Positions 1 to 9,016 of a stretch of DNA of 31,445 nucleotides are shown here, piece after piece; position 1 is the first letter of the stretch, and each line of letters opens with the position of its first letter. Location of the stretch: NCBI GenBank assembly GCA_019058315.1, contig JAHPZH010000011.1, positions 1 to 31,445 of the forward strand. The letters are read 5' to 3'. Under the pieces are notes generated by a model. It did no database searches and was not told where the DNA came from. It saw only the letters and a list, made by a program, of their open reading frames with translations. The DNA is from Candidatus Helarchaeota archaeon (GTDB taxonomy: Archaea; Asgardarchaeota; Lokiarchaeia; Helarchaeales; RDOG01). A program made the position numbers and the translations under genes.

Positions 1-899
<899 letters not shown>

Positions 900-1365
900 C
901 TGGTTAATCGGTCGCTATATTAAAGAAAAATTTGGGATTTTCCACAATAGACATATTTTTTCATCTAAGGAATAATCCTAATCTAAATATAACGCATAAG
1001 TGGAAAAGTTAAAGGGGTCGTCTATTTTCTGGTGTTAATTTGAACGTTCTCACTGGCTGGCGTTCTTCCCATCATTGCAGCTCCTTCATCACCACGTTAG
1101 CTGGGAGCATACTAGGTATGTGGACATATCCACAGCACAGCCACACGAAATGTGTCAAATACAAACATTTACTCGAATAACATATAGCATATATTCAGTA
1201 AATGTCAAAACGTGTCAAATCAAAAAGATTTGACAAAAAATGCCAAAACAATGGCAAATATTCTAATGAATTTGTAGAATATAAAATTAACTAAAATTAA
1301 GAAAAAGTGGATTATCATTATTATTTCAAATATTTAAAGTGACAATTTTCAATTTGACATATCCA
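900..1365 (-). other. Pre-rRNA 5' leader / external transcribed spacer with processing-stem strand and multiple hairpins
   Basis: Non-coding region upstream of 16S. GC-richer segment at about 1045-1150 with a box-C-like GTGATGA (minus, 1086-1092). Inverted repeats at 1119-1134, 1165-1205, 1213-1235, 1241-1256 and 1258-1282. Confidence 0.55.
1213..1235. repeat. Perfect 9-bp inverted repeat TGTCAAATC-N5-GATTTGACA within a cluster of TGTCAAA motifs
   Basis: Read directly. Further TGTCAAA copies at 1153 and 1203, and inverted TTTGACA at 1353. Confidence 0.8.
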
Positions 1366-1443
1366 TTGAAACTTAATATTTCAAATACTATTTAAAAAAA
1401 ACTTTATAGTAAAATAATTATCAGAAAATATAATTATTAGGAA

Positions 1444-2571
1444 TTATCGCCTAACTTTTAAGAATTCTTCTTCAACTAGAACGCTTATACCCTTAAAGGG
1501 TGCAATATCCCCTTCGAAATTTACTAGATTTTCCGTATAGATGCTTTCTACTCTTTTAAGAAGGCGATCCATCTTCCATTTTAGCATATCTAAATATTTT
1601 TTCGTAAAAAGAATCATAAGCACATATTCTCCGTGAGTAAACATGAAACTAAAGTCTCCGTGGTCAATATAATTAACATCTTTAGAGCTTTTTGAAATTT
1701 CCTTAAGTATTGTTTGAACTCCTGCTAACCCTCCAGCTATCATTATAGGTCCTTTAACTTGAACCTCAGATGCTATTTCTTGAAGAAAATCATACGAAAA
1801 AATAGGAACACCAGAACTTTTATAGAGTATATATAGATTTTTTATAGCTTGCGGCCATTCGAGTTCCTCCATGCTTCTAAGGGTGATTGCACTGAAACCA
1901 AACAGTAATAGTCCAAAAACATTGAAAAAACCACCGACTATATAGACTAAATAACCGTAAGTTTCGACCATGGTCTGTGTTCTTAAGATATCGCCAGACG
2001 CACCGATCATGAATCCAAATAACATGGTCATGATGGGTCTTCCGGTTGAGGAGAAAATAAAGCTTCGACAGTAATAAAGAACAACAAACATAAAAGGAAT
2101 GAAGATCCCTGGCACAGAAATAGATAAGATCATGCGAGATGGTTCTCTGGGAAGGAAAGCGGTAATGGCAGTTAAAATAAATCCAATCTTCCAAAAAAAG
2201 CCCTTCGTATTCATCTTCAGACTTGTTTCAAAAACATAGACGAGGGTTACAACCCCAACCATAGTAATTGTATAGGATATGTTCAAAAATGTTAGTTTCA
2301 TTTCCTCCATTCCTCCTGGACCTAAATACATATCCGATATCAAACTCATAATTGCAGTAATACAATAACATAAAAAGAACGTCATCCATCCAGGAACAAG
2401 TTGAACTTTTATTCGATCCCTATATGCAACTATCCATTCTTTTAGCATATAGACAAAAAGGGCACCCATCATCGTTATCACTAAATAATGAAGTCCCACT
2501 GCCAAATCTCGAAGAACTATATTTTGGAAAAGCTGATGGTTAATAAGATTGTAAAATAGCATACCTACCAT
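1444..2571 (-). CDS. Seven-transmembrane protein with C-terminal longin/roadblock-like domain (Asgard-type)
   Basis: About 7 hydrophobic segments in aa 25-232, then IKNLYILYKSSGVPIFSYDF...AGGLAGVQTILKEI...YIDHGD...FEGDIAPF, a pattern typical of Asgard longin-like domains. Confidence 0.75.
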   Translation of the reverse strand: MVGMLFYNLINHQLFQNIVLRDLAVGLHYLVITMMGALFVYMLKEWIVAYRDRIKVQLVPGWMTFFLCYCITAIMSLISDMYLGPGGMEEMKLTFLNISYTITMVGVVTLVYVFETSLKMNTKGFFWKIGFILTAITAFLPREPSRMILSISVPGIFIPFMFVVLYYCRSFIFSSTGRPIMTMLFGFMIGASGDILRTQTMVETYGYLVYIVGGFFNVFGLLLFGFSAITLRSMEELEWPQAIKNLYILYKSSGVPIFSYDFLQEIASEVQVKGPIMIAGGLAGVQTILKEISKSSKDVNYIDHGDFSFMFTHGEYVLMILFTKKYLDMLKWKMDRLLKRVESIYTENLVNFEGDIAPFKGISVLVEEEFLKVRR

Positions 2572-2687
2572 TTTTAGTATTTTCTATAAGGAATATAGTC
2601 TTTATGTTACTATTATGGTGTGAATTTTTAAATGAAATTTTATTTGTGATTAGATAAAAAGAAAAGCAAAATTGAAGATATGGAGAC

Positions 2688-3422
2688 ATGACATTGGATA
2701 ATTTATATGAAAAATTAACTGATCCTAGATTAACTAAATTTTGTATAATCATAACTATGTTAATATTTTTACCAGGATTAATCATTGCGATAATAATAGC
2801 GCATTTCTTAGGACCAGCAGCATATATTCCACTGTTGCCAAGCGTTTTAAATAATCCAGGAAGTATAAGATGGGGCAGATATGGTCTAATGCAGAATTGG
2901 ATATCAGATCTTGGTTCATTTCGTTTTACGCCCACACCTTTTATTCTAGATTGTATGTTAATGTCGGCTGGCTGTCTGATGATACCTGTATTTTTCTATC
3001 TCCATAAGAAATTTCTACCAACTCCTAGTAAAATAAGTTCAATTGATGGAGATACAAAAGCTGCAAGAGAATTTGGGTTTGTAACAACTCTCTTTCTTGT
3101 TCTTGGAGCAATTGGAGCCTTTGGTGCGGGATTATTTAGTGAGGATAGAAGCTATTTTGGATTGCATGGAGTGTTTTCCCTCATTGTATTTGGGGGTTTT
3201 GCGGTTGGAGGGCTATGTGCTGCATTAGTAATTGTGTTAAAAGATACATTCATACCTAAATTCTTTGGAATAATAATCCTTTGTTCTCCTGTTGCAACTC
3301 TCTTATTCGTAATTAACCCGTTTAACAATCTCTATATTCTCGAATGGATTATGATGTTCGCGATATTTGCATGGATAATTCCAATAGCAGTGATAGTGTA
3401 CAAGGAAGCAAAGGAAGAATGA
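2688..3422 (+). CDS. DUF998-like multi-pass membrane protein
   Basis: NWISDLG motif, GxF-S-E-D and H in TM segments, about 6 TM helices; GGAG upstream of the ATG. Confidence 0.65.
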   Translation: MTLDNLYEKLTDPRLTKFCIIITMLIFLPGLIIAIIIAHFLGPAAYIPLLPSVLNNPGSIRWGRYGLMQNWISDLGSFRFTPTPFILDCMLMSAGCLMIPVFFYLHKKFLPTPSKISSIDGDTKAAREFGFVTTLFLVLGAIGAFGAGLFSEDRSYFGLHGVFSLIVFGGFAVGGLCAALVIVLKDTFIPKFFGIIILCSPVATLLFVINPFNNLYILEWIMMFAIFAWIIPIAVIVYKEAKEE

Positions 3423-3524
3423 ACAACCCGATAAGAGATTAATCAGTTAATATATCAAATTTTTATATAATTAAGTCTTAAAATACGTTTATAAGTTAGT
3501 GGATGAGCAAAGAATATAATATTT

Positions 3525-4031
3525 TTAATATTTTCGAATTTGATATATTGAAATTAAGGGTGCTCCAATAACTAGACCAATAAGTAGCGAAGGAACAAAA
3601 ATAGCATAAAATCTATCAACAGAACTATAAAACCAAAAATAAAATATAAAAAGAGAAGCTAATAGTATAATTTCCACAATTATTATAGTAAAAATATAAT
3701 GTTTTTTGTGGCACTTTTTACATAATATTATTTTTGAGTATATATAACTCCTTAATTTTATCTTCTCTACTATTTCTCCACATAAATCACAAAGTTCATT
3801 ACTTGGATTTTCTTCATAACGAGTTTTTGCATATTTATTAAAGATTATAATGCAAATTCCATCCCCCAAAAATGTTAAACTTAAAATTAACAATAAATAA
3901 TCGAACTTATTTGATTCTAGGAAATTAGGTGAAAATATTATTGGAATTAAGAACAATATAAAATTGAATAAACCGACAAATAAAGATAATTTTGCCCAGT
4001 CATATCCAAATTCTCGCTCATATTCGGACAA
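3525..4031 (-). CDS. Hypothetical 4-TM membrane protein with central CxxC...CxxC zinc finger
   Basis: Two TM pairs flank CDLC and CKKC; TTG start. Confidence 0.6.
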   Translation of the reverse strand: MSEYEREFGYDWAKLSLFVGLFNFILFLIPIIFSPNFLESNKFDYLLLILSLTFLGDGICIIIFNKYAKTRYEENPSNELCDLCGEIVEKIKLRSYIYSKIILCKKCHKKHYIFTIIIVEIILLASLFIFYFWFYSSVDRFYAIFVPSLLIGLVIGAPLISIYQIRKY

Positions 4032-4384
4032 CCTAGATTCGCCTTTTAAAAATCTCTAATATAATAAGAACATTCCTACTAATTAAATATTTTAGTTTAA
4101 ATTAAAAAAAAAAATAAAGCTAAAAAAAATTATTTATTCAAATAATATCAAATTTGCAATAGATTATAAGAAATGATAACGAAATTACTAATTTTATTAA
4201 CAAAATGTTGCTATTTTTTCAAGATTTGGGAGAAAAATGTGTGAAAAATTTATAAAATTAAATAAGCGCCTTTTTTTATTAAAAATCAGCACTATCTTTT
4301 TAAGATTTATAATCCATACTTAATCAAACTTAGCTAATTTATTATTAAATAAAAGGGTATATAGATAGAGCTGGAGCGAAACAA

Positions 4385-5050
4385 ATGTCAATAAATAATG
4401 AATATGAAACGACAAGGCAAGAAATGAAGGCACTAGACGATATGCAAGACTTTATGCGTTTGGTCTTTTCTACAATAAAAGAATTGGGTTTAATGTTAGA
4501 TGATTGGGTTGATAAAAAAGCAGATTCTTTAGATAAACGCCTTAAAAAGCTCACTGAATTGGAGAGTAAAGCTGAGGATCTTAAACGGACTATATTAGAT
4601 AAGCTCTCTGAAGCAGAAGGATTATTACATAGAGGAGATTTAATGAACCTAGTCATGAGAATTGACGAAATTGTTGACATGGCAGAAGGTGCGGGTTATC
4701 GAATTAAATCAGTATCAGATTGGAAGATGGATTCTGAAACAAAAGATCTTCTACAAAATATGATGGCTAAAGTTTTAGAAATTATGAACACCTTAAAAAA
4801 AGTTATTTTTATATTAACACAAAACGCAGAAAAAGCTATTAAAGAGACTGAAAATATAAGTAAAATTGAGAGAATTATTGATAGATGTAGGAGAAAATTA
4901 ATGGATCATCTCTATTCTTTAGATTTGGACTTTAGAATTACCCTTAAAATGCGAGATTTAATAAACCGAATCGAAGAAATTGCTGACTTAGCAGAAGGAG
5001 TTGCAGATTCAGCTCGAATAATTGGAGTCACTAGAAGAGGTTTCAGTTAA
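4385..5050 (+). CDS. DUF47 / PhoU-like phosphate transport regulator (TIGR00153-like)
   Basis: Two helical repeats with LESKAEDLKR, IDEIVDMAE, IERIIDRCRR and IEEIADLAE motifs; GGAG upstream. Confidence 0.85.
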   Translation: MSINNEYETTRQEMKALDDMQDFMRLVFSTIKELGLMLDDWVDKKADSLDKRLKKLTELESKAEDLKRTILDKLSEAEGLLHRGDLMNLVMRIDEIVDMAEGAGYRIKSVSDWKMDSETKDLLQNMMAKVLEIMNTLKKVIFILTQNAEKAIKETENISKIERIIDRCRRKLMDHLYSLDLDFRITLKMRDLINRIEEIADLAEGVADSARIIGVTRRGFS

Positions 5051-5148
5051 TTTTTGTATAAAATAAATTAATTAGAAGAACAAGAATAAAATATAAATTA
5101 AAAAAATTGGAAATAATTTCCTCTAAAAATTAGGAGGTATCCTTCTAA

Positions 5149-5703
5149 ATGGAGAAAGATAAAAAGATAGCAGCACATATTGTTGGGAATCGTGTAATTG
5201 TTTTTAATCCAGAAAAGGGGACTGAACTATATAAAAATGGATTTTTTGGTAAACCAGTAGGTATAAGAAAGCCAAAGACCTTCGATTTTAACCGTCCATT
5301 AGAGTTATCTCTCCTTGAAGCATACTATTTACTCGAACAGGGCAAAATTGAAATTTATGATAGTGATAAAAAAGTTTTAAAGGAAATATTTTTAAATATG
5401 GTGCGGGAGCACTATGAAAATTTCGATTCAAAGTATACCGTATATAAAGATTTAAGAGGAAAAAATTTTGTAGTTAGACCAGGTCTAAAATTTGGTGCAG
5501 ATTTCGGTGTTTATGAACACGGTCCGGGAATTGATCATGCGCCTTTTATTGTTCACGTCCTTCCGAATACAAAAAAAATATCAGCTATTGAAATGGTTAG
5601 AGCTGGGCGGTTAGCAACTTCTGTAAGGAAAAAATTCATCATTGCTACATTACCAATGCCCGATAAGATTAATTATTTTATATTTACCTGGTTTAAACCA
5701 TAA
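5149..5703 (+). CDS. endA: tRNA-intron (splicing) endonuclease, catalytic subunit
   Basis: LSLLEAYYL, VYKDLR...VRPGLKFGADFGVY...HAPF and GRLATSVRKK, with catalytic Tyr/His/Lys present; GGAGGT upstream. Confidence 0.95.
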   Translation: MEKDKKIAAHIVGNRVIVFNPEKGTELYKNGFFGKPVGIRKPKTFDFNRPLELSLLEAYYLLEQGKIEIYDSDKKVLKEIFLNMVREHYENFDSKYTVYKDLRGKNFVVRPGLKFGADFGVYEHGPGIDHAPFIVHVLPNTKKISAIEMVRAGRLATSVRKKFIIATLPMPDKINYFIFTWFKP

Positions 5704-5961
5704 AAAATTGAACGAATTATTAATAATATTTTTTCATTTTAATTAAAATTTTAAAAGTAAATGATGAATTGATTAAGAATTAAGGGAATTATATCAAAAA
5801 TATTTTTATTTTTCATTAATATTTTTACCAAATTCTATGAAATGTGACATATTAAATTCAAAAATATTTATTTATAAAACGGTTAGATATAAAAAACACT
5901 TATAGATATTCTTAATAAATTACTAGCTAGTTTATTTTAATACATTTTATAAGGTTATTAC

Positions 5962-6813
5962 ATGTCTGAAGATGAAGAATTAACAAAAAAGGTAAAAGAT
6001 CTTGCACTTGAACTTGGAGCGGATAAAGTTGGAATAGCTGATGCCACATTGGCTGAAGATCCTCCACATGGTCATGGTAATCCTTCGGCTATGATGAAAG
6101 ATGCTAAGACCGCAATTTCATTGGTTTTGGCGTACCCCGATGCTACATATGGAATTGATATGACAGATGATCTTATTATAGGTGGAATCTATGTAGCCAC
6201 TCAAGAATTTATGAATACTGAGCTTAGTCGAATAGCTTTAAGGCTAGCAAGATTTTTAGAAAAAGAAGGATATAAAGCAGTAGTAATATCACCTGAACTT
6301 CCTAGAGATGAAAAAAGATGGGCAGGTGCCATTTCTCATCGATATATGGGGCAATTGGCTGGTGTAGGTGAGATAGGTCAAAGTAATTTATTACTTACTC
6401 CAGAATGGGGTCCGAGAATACAATTAACTACAGTTATTACAAATGCACCTTTAAAAGTGGACGGTCCTAAATTAATTGATAAAGTTTGTAAGCATTGTAA
6501 CACATGCGTAGAAAAGTGTCCACCTCGTGCAATAGGGGCAGAGAATTATCCTCCGTACAATTTTAATATAAATAGATGCTTCTGGGGCGTTATGGGCTGG
6601 TATCGGCTAACAAAAGTCGAGGAACCTCCAAAAGATTGGGTGGATGCTAGACCAACAGCCATGATAATGGTACCGAAATACGAAAGACAATATCCACAAA
6701 TTAAAGAATACCAAGAACTCGAATCAAGACTTGGTTGGTATCCTTTATGTGCAGAGTGTGTAGTCCACTGTGGTGTAGGAATAGAAGCTGCTGAAAAACG
6801 TCAAAAGAAATAA
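5962..6813 (+). CDS. QueG / reductive dehalogenase-like cobalamin-binding 2x[4Fe-4S] protein
   Basis: LGADKVGIA, ISHRYMGQLAGVGEIGQSNLLLTPEWGPRIQL, CKHCNTCVEKCP and C...CAECVVHC. Confidence 0.85.
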   Translation: MSEDEELTKKVKDLALELGADKVGIADATLAEDPPHGHGNPSAMMKDAKTAISLVLAYPDATYGIDMTDDLIIGGIYVATQEFMNTELSRIALRLARFLEKEGYKAVVISPELPRDEKRWAGAISHRYMGQLAGVGEIGQSNLLLTPEWGPRIQLTTVITNAPLKVDGPKLIDKVCKHCNTCVEKCPPRAIGAENYPPYNFNINRCFWGVMGWYRLTKVEEPPKDWVDARPTAMIMVPKYERQYPQIKEYQELESRLGWYPLCAECVVHCGVGIEAAEKRQKK

Positions 6814-6865
6814 TTTCTCTTTTTTAATTTTTCTTATTTTAAAAAATAAAAGGAAAAAAAACAGT

Positions 6866-7276
6866 TTATTTTTCTTTAAATTGATCTTTATGTAGAGTCT
6901 TCCAACCACCGCGCAATGCATTATAGCCTTTTATTATAAATAGAAATATTACAACTCCAATTACAACATACATCAAATATTGGACGAATGTTCTTATTGG
7001 TTCAAGTACTTTTGTATCTAATATATAATAAATTAAGAAATGTGGGTCGGGTCTTACCAAAATAAATGTCCATTTGAAATTAGAACTAAATTTATAGACC
7101 GAATGCTCAAATAGATTACCAATAACTATAGTTGCCAGAATTAGGAGTCCGGCATTAATTGCAACTAAAAGAGGATCCTCATTAGATAAGATAATAAATG
7201 CAAGTACTATTATACCAAGCATACAAGCAAGGAATATTAACATCGGATCGAAACCGAATATTTCAGCACGTACCAT
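6866..7276 (-). CDS. Hypothetical membrane protein (about 3 TM)
   Basis: Hydrophobic segments; GAGGTG SD; starts 9 nt after the upstream stop codon. Confidence 0.7.
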   Translation of the reverse strand: MVRAEIFGFDPMLIFLACMLGIIVLAFIILSNEDPLLVAINAGLLILATIVIGNLFEHSVYKFSSNFKWTFILVRPDPHFLIYYILDTKVLEPIRTFVQYLMYVVIGVVIFLFIIKGYNALRGGWKTLHKDQFKEK

Positions 7277-7285
7277 ATTTACACC

Positions 7286-7888
7286 TCACATCATTAATTT
7301 TCCAACTTTGACTCCTAATAGTGCTCTTGATATTGGGGACATTTTAACTCTGCCCTTAAGTAATAATAACATTGTTCTAGCAAGTCCTTTCAAACGATGG
7401 ACAATAGGACCAACTACAAGGTCTCCGAGACCCCCGATGTCCCAATGTGAACCATACATTACAACATCAGCATCACGATGCGCCCAATCCTTGTACCTTA
7501 ATTTAGAGTTTCCACATTTAGGGCATTTAATTTCAACAATTTTTTTAGTTGGTGTCCCTAATATCGATTCTTCACCTTCTGGGCGAGGAGGAAGTTTAAT
7601 TGCTTCTTCACGAGTTGGTAGGTCTTTGTAAAAACCTCTCCATTTACATTTTTTATTCATACATTTGACCATTGGAGTTGGATAACTTTTGTATCTTAGC
7701 CAAGGTTTCTTTTCTCCACCGACTTCAACTTCTTCAAAGAATAAGACTAAAGCTTCAGTTAAATTGGGAAGAGTAATTTGTGCTACCGTCCCGAAAAGGT
7801 CTTCCATGCATTTTTTTTGTTCATCTTTTGTTTTGCTTCGAATGCCTGCGAGCATCATCTCGCCGATAACTTCTGCTGGACTTTTCAT
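7286..7888 (-). CDS. Hypothetical protein, possible SCP2-like fold with inserted zinc ribbon
   Basis: CMNKKC and CPKCG pairs. C-terminal DADVVMYGS...LLLLKGRVKM resembles the SCP2 ADxxxxGS...GKxKI pattern. GAGGT SD. Confidence 0.55.
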   Translation of the reverse strand: MKSPAEVIGEMMLAGIRSKTKDEQKKCMEDLFGTVAQITLPNLTEALVLFFEEVEVGGEKKPWLRYKSYPTPMVKCMNKKCKWRGFYKDLPTREEAIKLPPRPEGEESILGTPTKKIVEIKCPKCGNSKLRYKDWAHRDADVVMYGSHWDIGGLGDLVVGPIVHRLKGLARTMLLLLKGRVKMSPISRALLGVKVGKLMM

Positions 7889-8000
7889 TAATTGAACCTC
7901 TCATTAATTTTCGAATAAAATAATCAGTTAACAATTGGTAAATTTTTCGAATTTTAAAATTTTCCAATTCAAAAAAGAGATAATATTCAAAGAAAATTAA

Positions 8001-8270
8001 TTATTCTTCTATCAAACCAAGTTTTTCAAGTTTTGAGACGAATTCTTTAACATCTTTAAGCGCAGTTTCTTTATCTACCTCGAATTCCGCATAAATAATA
8101 TCGGCCAAAGCTTCTATTGTAGTTTCTTTTTTCAAATTCTTTAGTAATATAGCTCCTGCTTCATTAGCTTCAAAGAATTTTGAAGTTTCATAGTCAACTA
8201 CGACCGCACCTTCAGTGCGTGCTATATAACTTCCTTTTTCTTCCATATCAACCTCTGATTTTAGCTTCAT
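8001..8270 (-). CDS. PqqD-family RiPP recognition element (RRE)
   Basis: 89 aa; AVVVDYETSKFFEANEAGAILLKNL...TIEALADIIYAEFEVDKETALKDVKEFVSKLEKLGLI fits the 3-beta/3-alpha PqqD consensus; GGAGGT SD upstream of the ATG. Confidence 0.9.
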   Translation of the reverse strand: MKLKSEVDMEEKGSYIARTEGAVVVDYETSKFFEANEAGAILLKNLKKETTIEALADIIYAEFEVDKETALKDVKEFVSKLEKLGLIEE

Positions 8271-8296
8271 TCATAAACCTCCAACTTGAAAATTAT

Positions 8297-8407
8297 TTAA
8301 AAAACCGAACCGAAAGAATCACTCTTCATTGTATCGGTAATACCTTTTCTTTCTTCAATTTTTGGTTTTTCATATTTTTTTTTCTTTTTAGTGGGTTCAG
8401 TTGCCAT
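8297..8407 (-). CDS. Putative RiPP precursor peptide, 36 aa: MATEPTKKKKKYEKPKIEERKGITDTMKSDSFGSVF
   Basis: Hand-translated ATG (8407) to TAA (8297); not in the ORF track. YEKPKI matches the YxxPx[LI] RRE-binding leader motif. Ends 26 nt upstream of the RRE gene on the same strand. Confidence 0.8.
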   Translation of the reverse strand: MATEPTKKKKKYEKPKIEERKGITDTMKSDSFGSVF

Positions 8408-8472
8408 AATATTCACATTTTTTAAGTTATTTGAAAAATAATTTTAATTTAATGAAATAAGCTTATCGATAT

Positions 8473-8488
8473 TATTAAAATTTTTTTC
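8473..8488 (-). promoter_or_regulatory. Candidate BRE-TATA promoter for the peptide-RRE unit
   Basis: Minus strand GAAAAAAA-TTTTAATA about 65 nt upstream of the peptide ATG. The AT-rich background makes this weak. Confidence 0.35.
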
Positions 8489-8505
8489 TCATAAATGTTA
8501 TAAAT

Positions 8506-8976
8506 TTAAAATTCAAATTCGTCCATGTGTCCAAATTTAATACTATAATCAAGCATCCAAAGCTTTTTCGGAATAAAATGTAAAACAGTTCGTTTTTCAT
8601 TAAGCGGAATGAGTTCAAAAACTTTATATTTTTTTACCATTATATCCCAAGCACTTTTAAATTCTGATTTTGGGTATTGAAGAACTTCTGCACTGGCTTG
8701 TACTTGAAGACCTTTTATATTTTTTACATCATCCTTATTTATATTGACTACATCATGGACTTCATAAAATACTTGGGGATTTTCTAGAATATTTTTAACT
8801 TTCCTCGATCCAATCCATGTAGATACAAAAACTTCCATTTCTTTATTAGCGTATTCAAGGCAAGCACAGTGGGGCATTCCTGTTTGACTTGCTGTCGCCA
8901 TAGTTAAAAGGTTATGAGATTCAAGATATACAATTGCTTTTTCCAAAATATGCTTTTTATCCTTATTTTTACTCAT
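8506..8976 (-). CDS. Pyridoxamine 5'-phosphate oxidase-like (split-barrel, FMN/F420-binding) protein
   Basis: LTMATAS..GMPH, SRKVKNILENPQV and KGLQVQASA motifs. ATG at 8976 is preferred because the 9048 start overlaps the upstream gene. Confidence 0.85.
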   Translation of the reverse strand: MSKNKDKKHILEKAIVYLESHNLLTMATASQTGMPHCACLEYANKEMEVFVSTWIGSRKVKNILENPQVFYEVHDVVNINKDDVKNIKGLQVQASAEVLQYPKSEFKSAWDIMVKKYKVFELIPLNEKRTVLHFIPKKLWMLDYSIKFGHMDEFEF

Positions 8977-9016
8977 ATTACCATCTTTTTTTGATTTAGT
9001 TATTTTAAAATAATTA

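Noticed and set aside
1150-1360. CRISPR array or replication origin
   Set aside because: Repeats are only 7-9 bp and irregularly spaced; no cas or cdc6/orc1 gene and no ORB-like G-string.
8248-8274. 8-codon ORF MNEAKIRG overlapping the RRE start
   Set aside because: Too short to support. The SD spacing fits the ATG at 8270, which gives a normal PqqD N-terminus.
8297-8407. Canonical lasso peptide or PQQ precursor (PqqA)
   Set aside because: No ring-forming D/E at core position 7-9, core too short, no cyclase or peptidase; no ExxxY motif and no pqqBCE.
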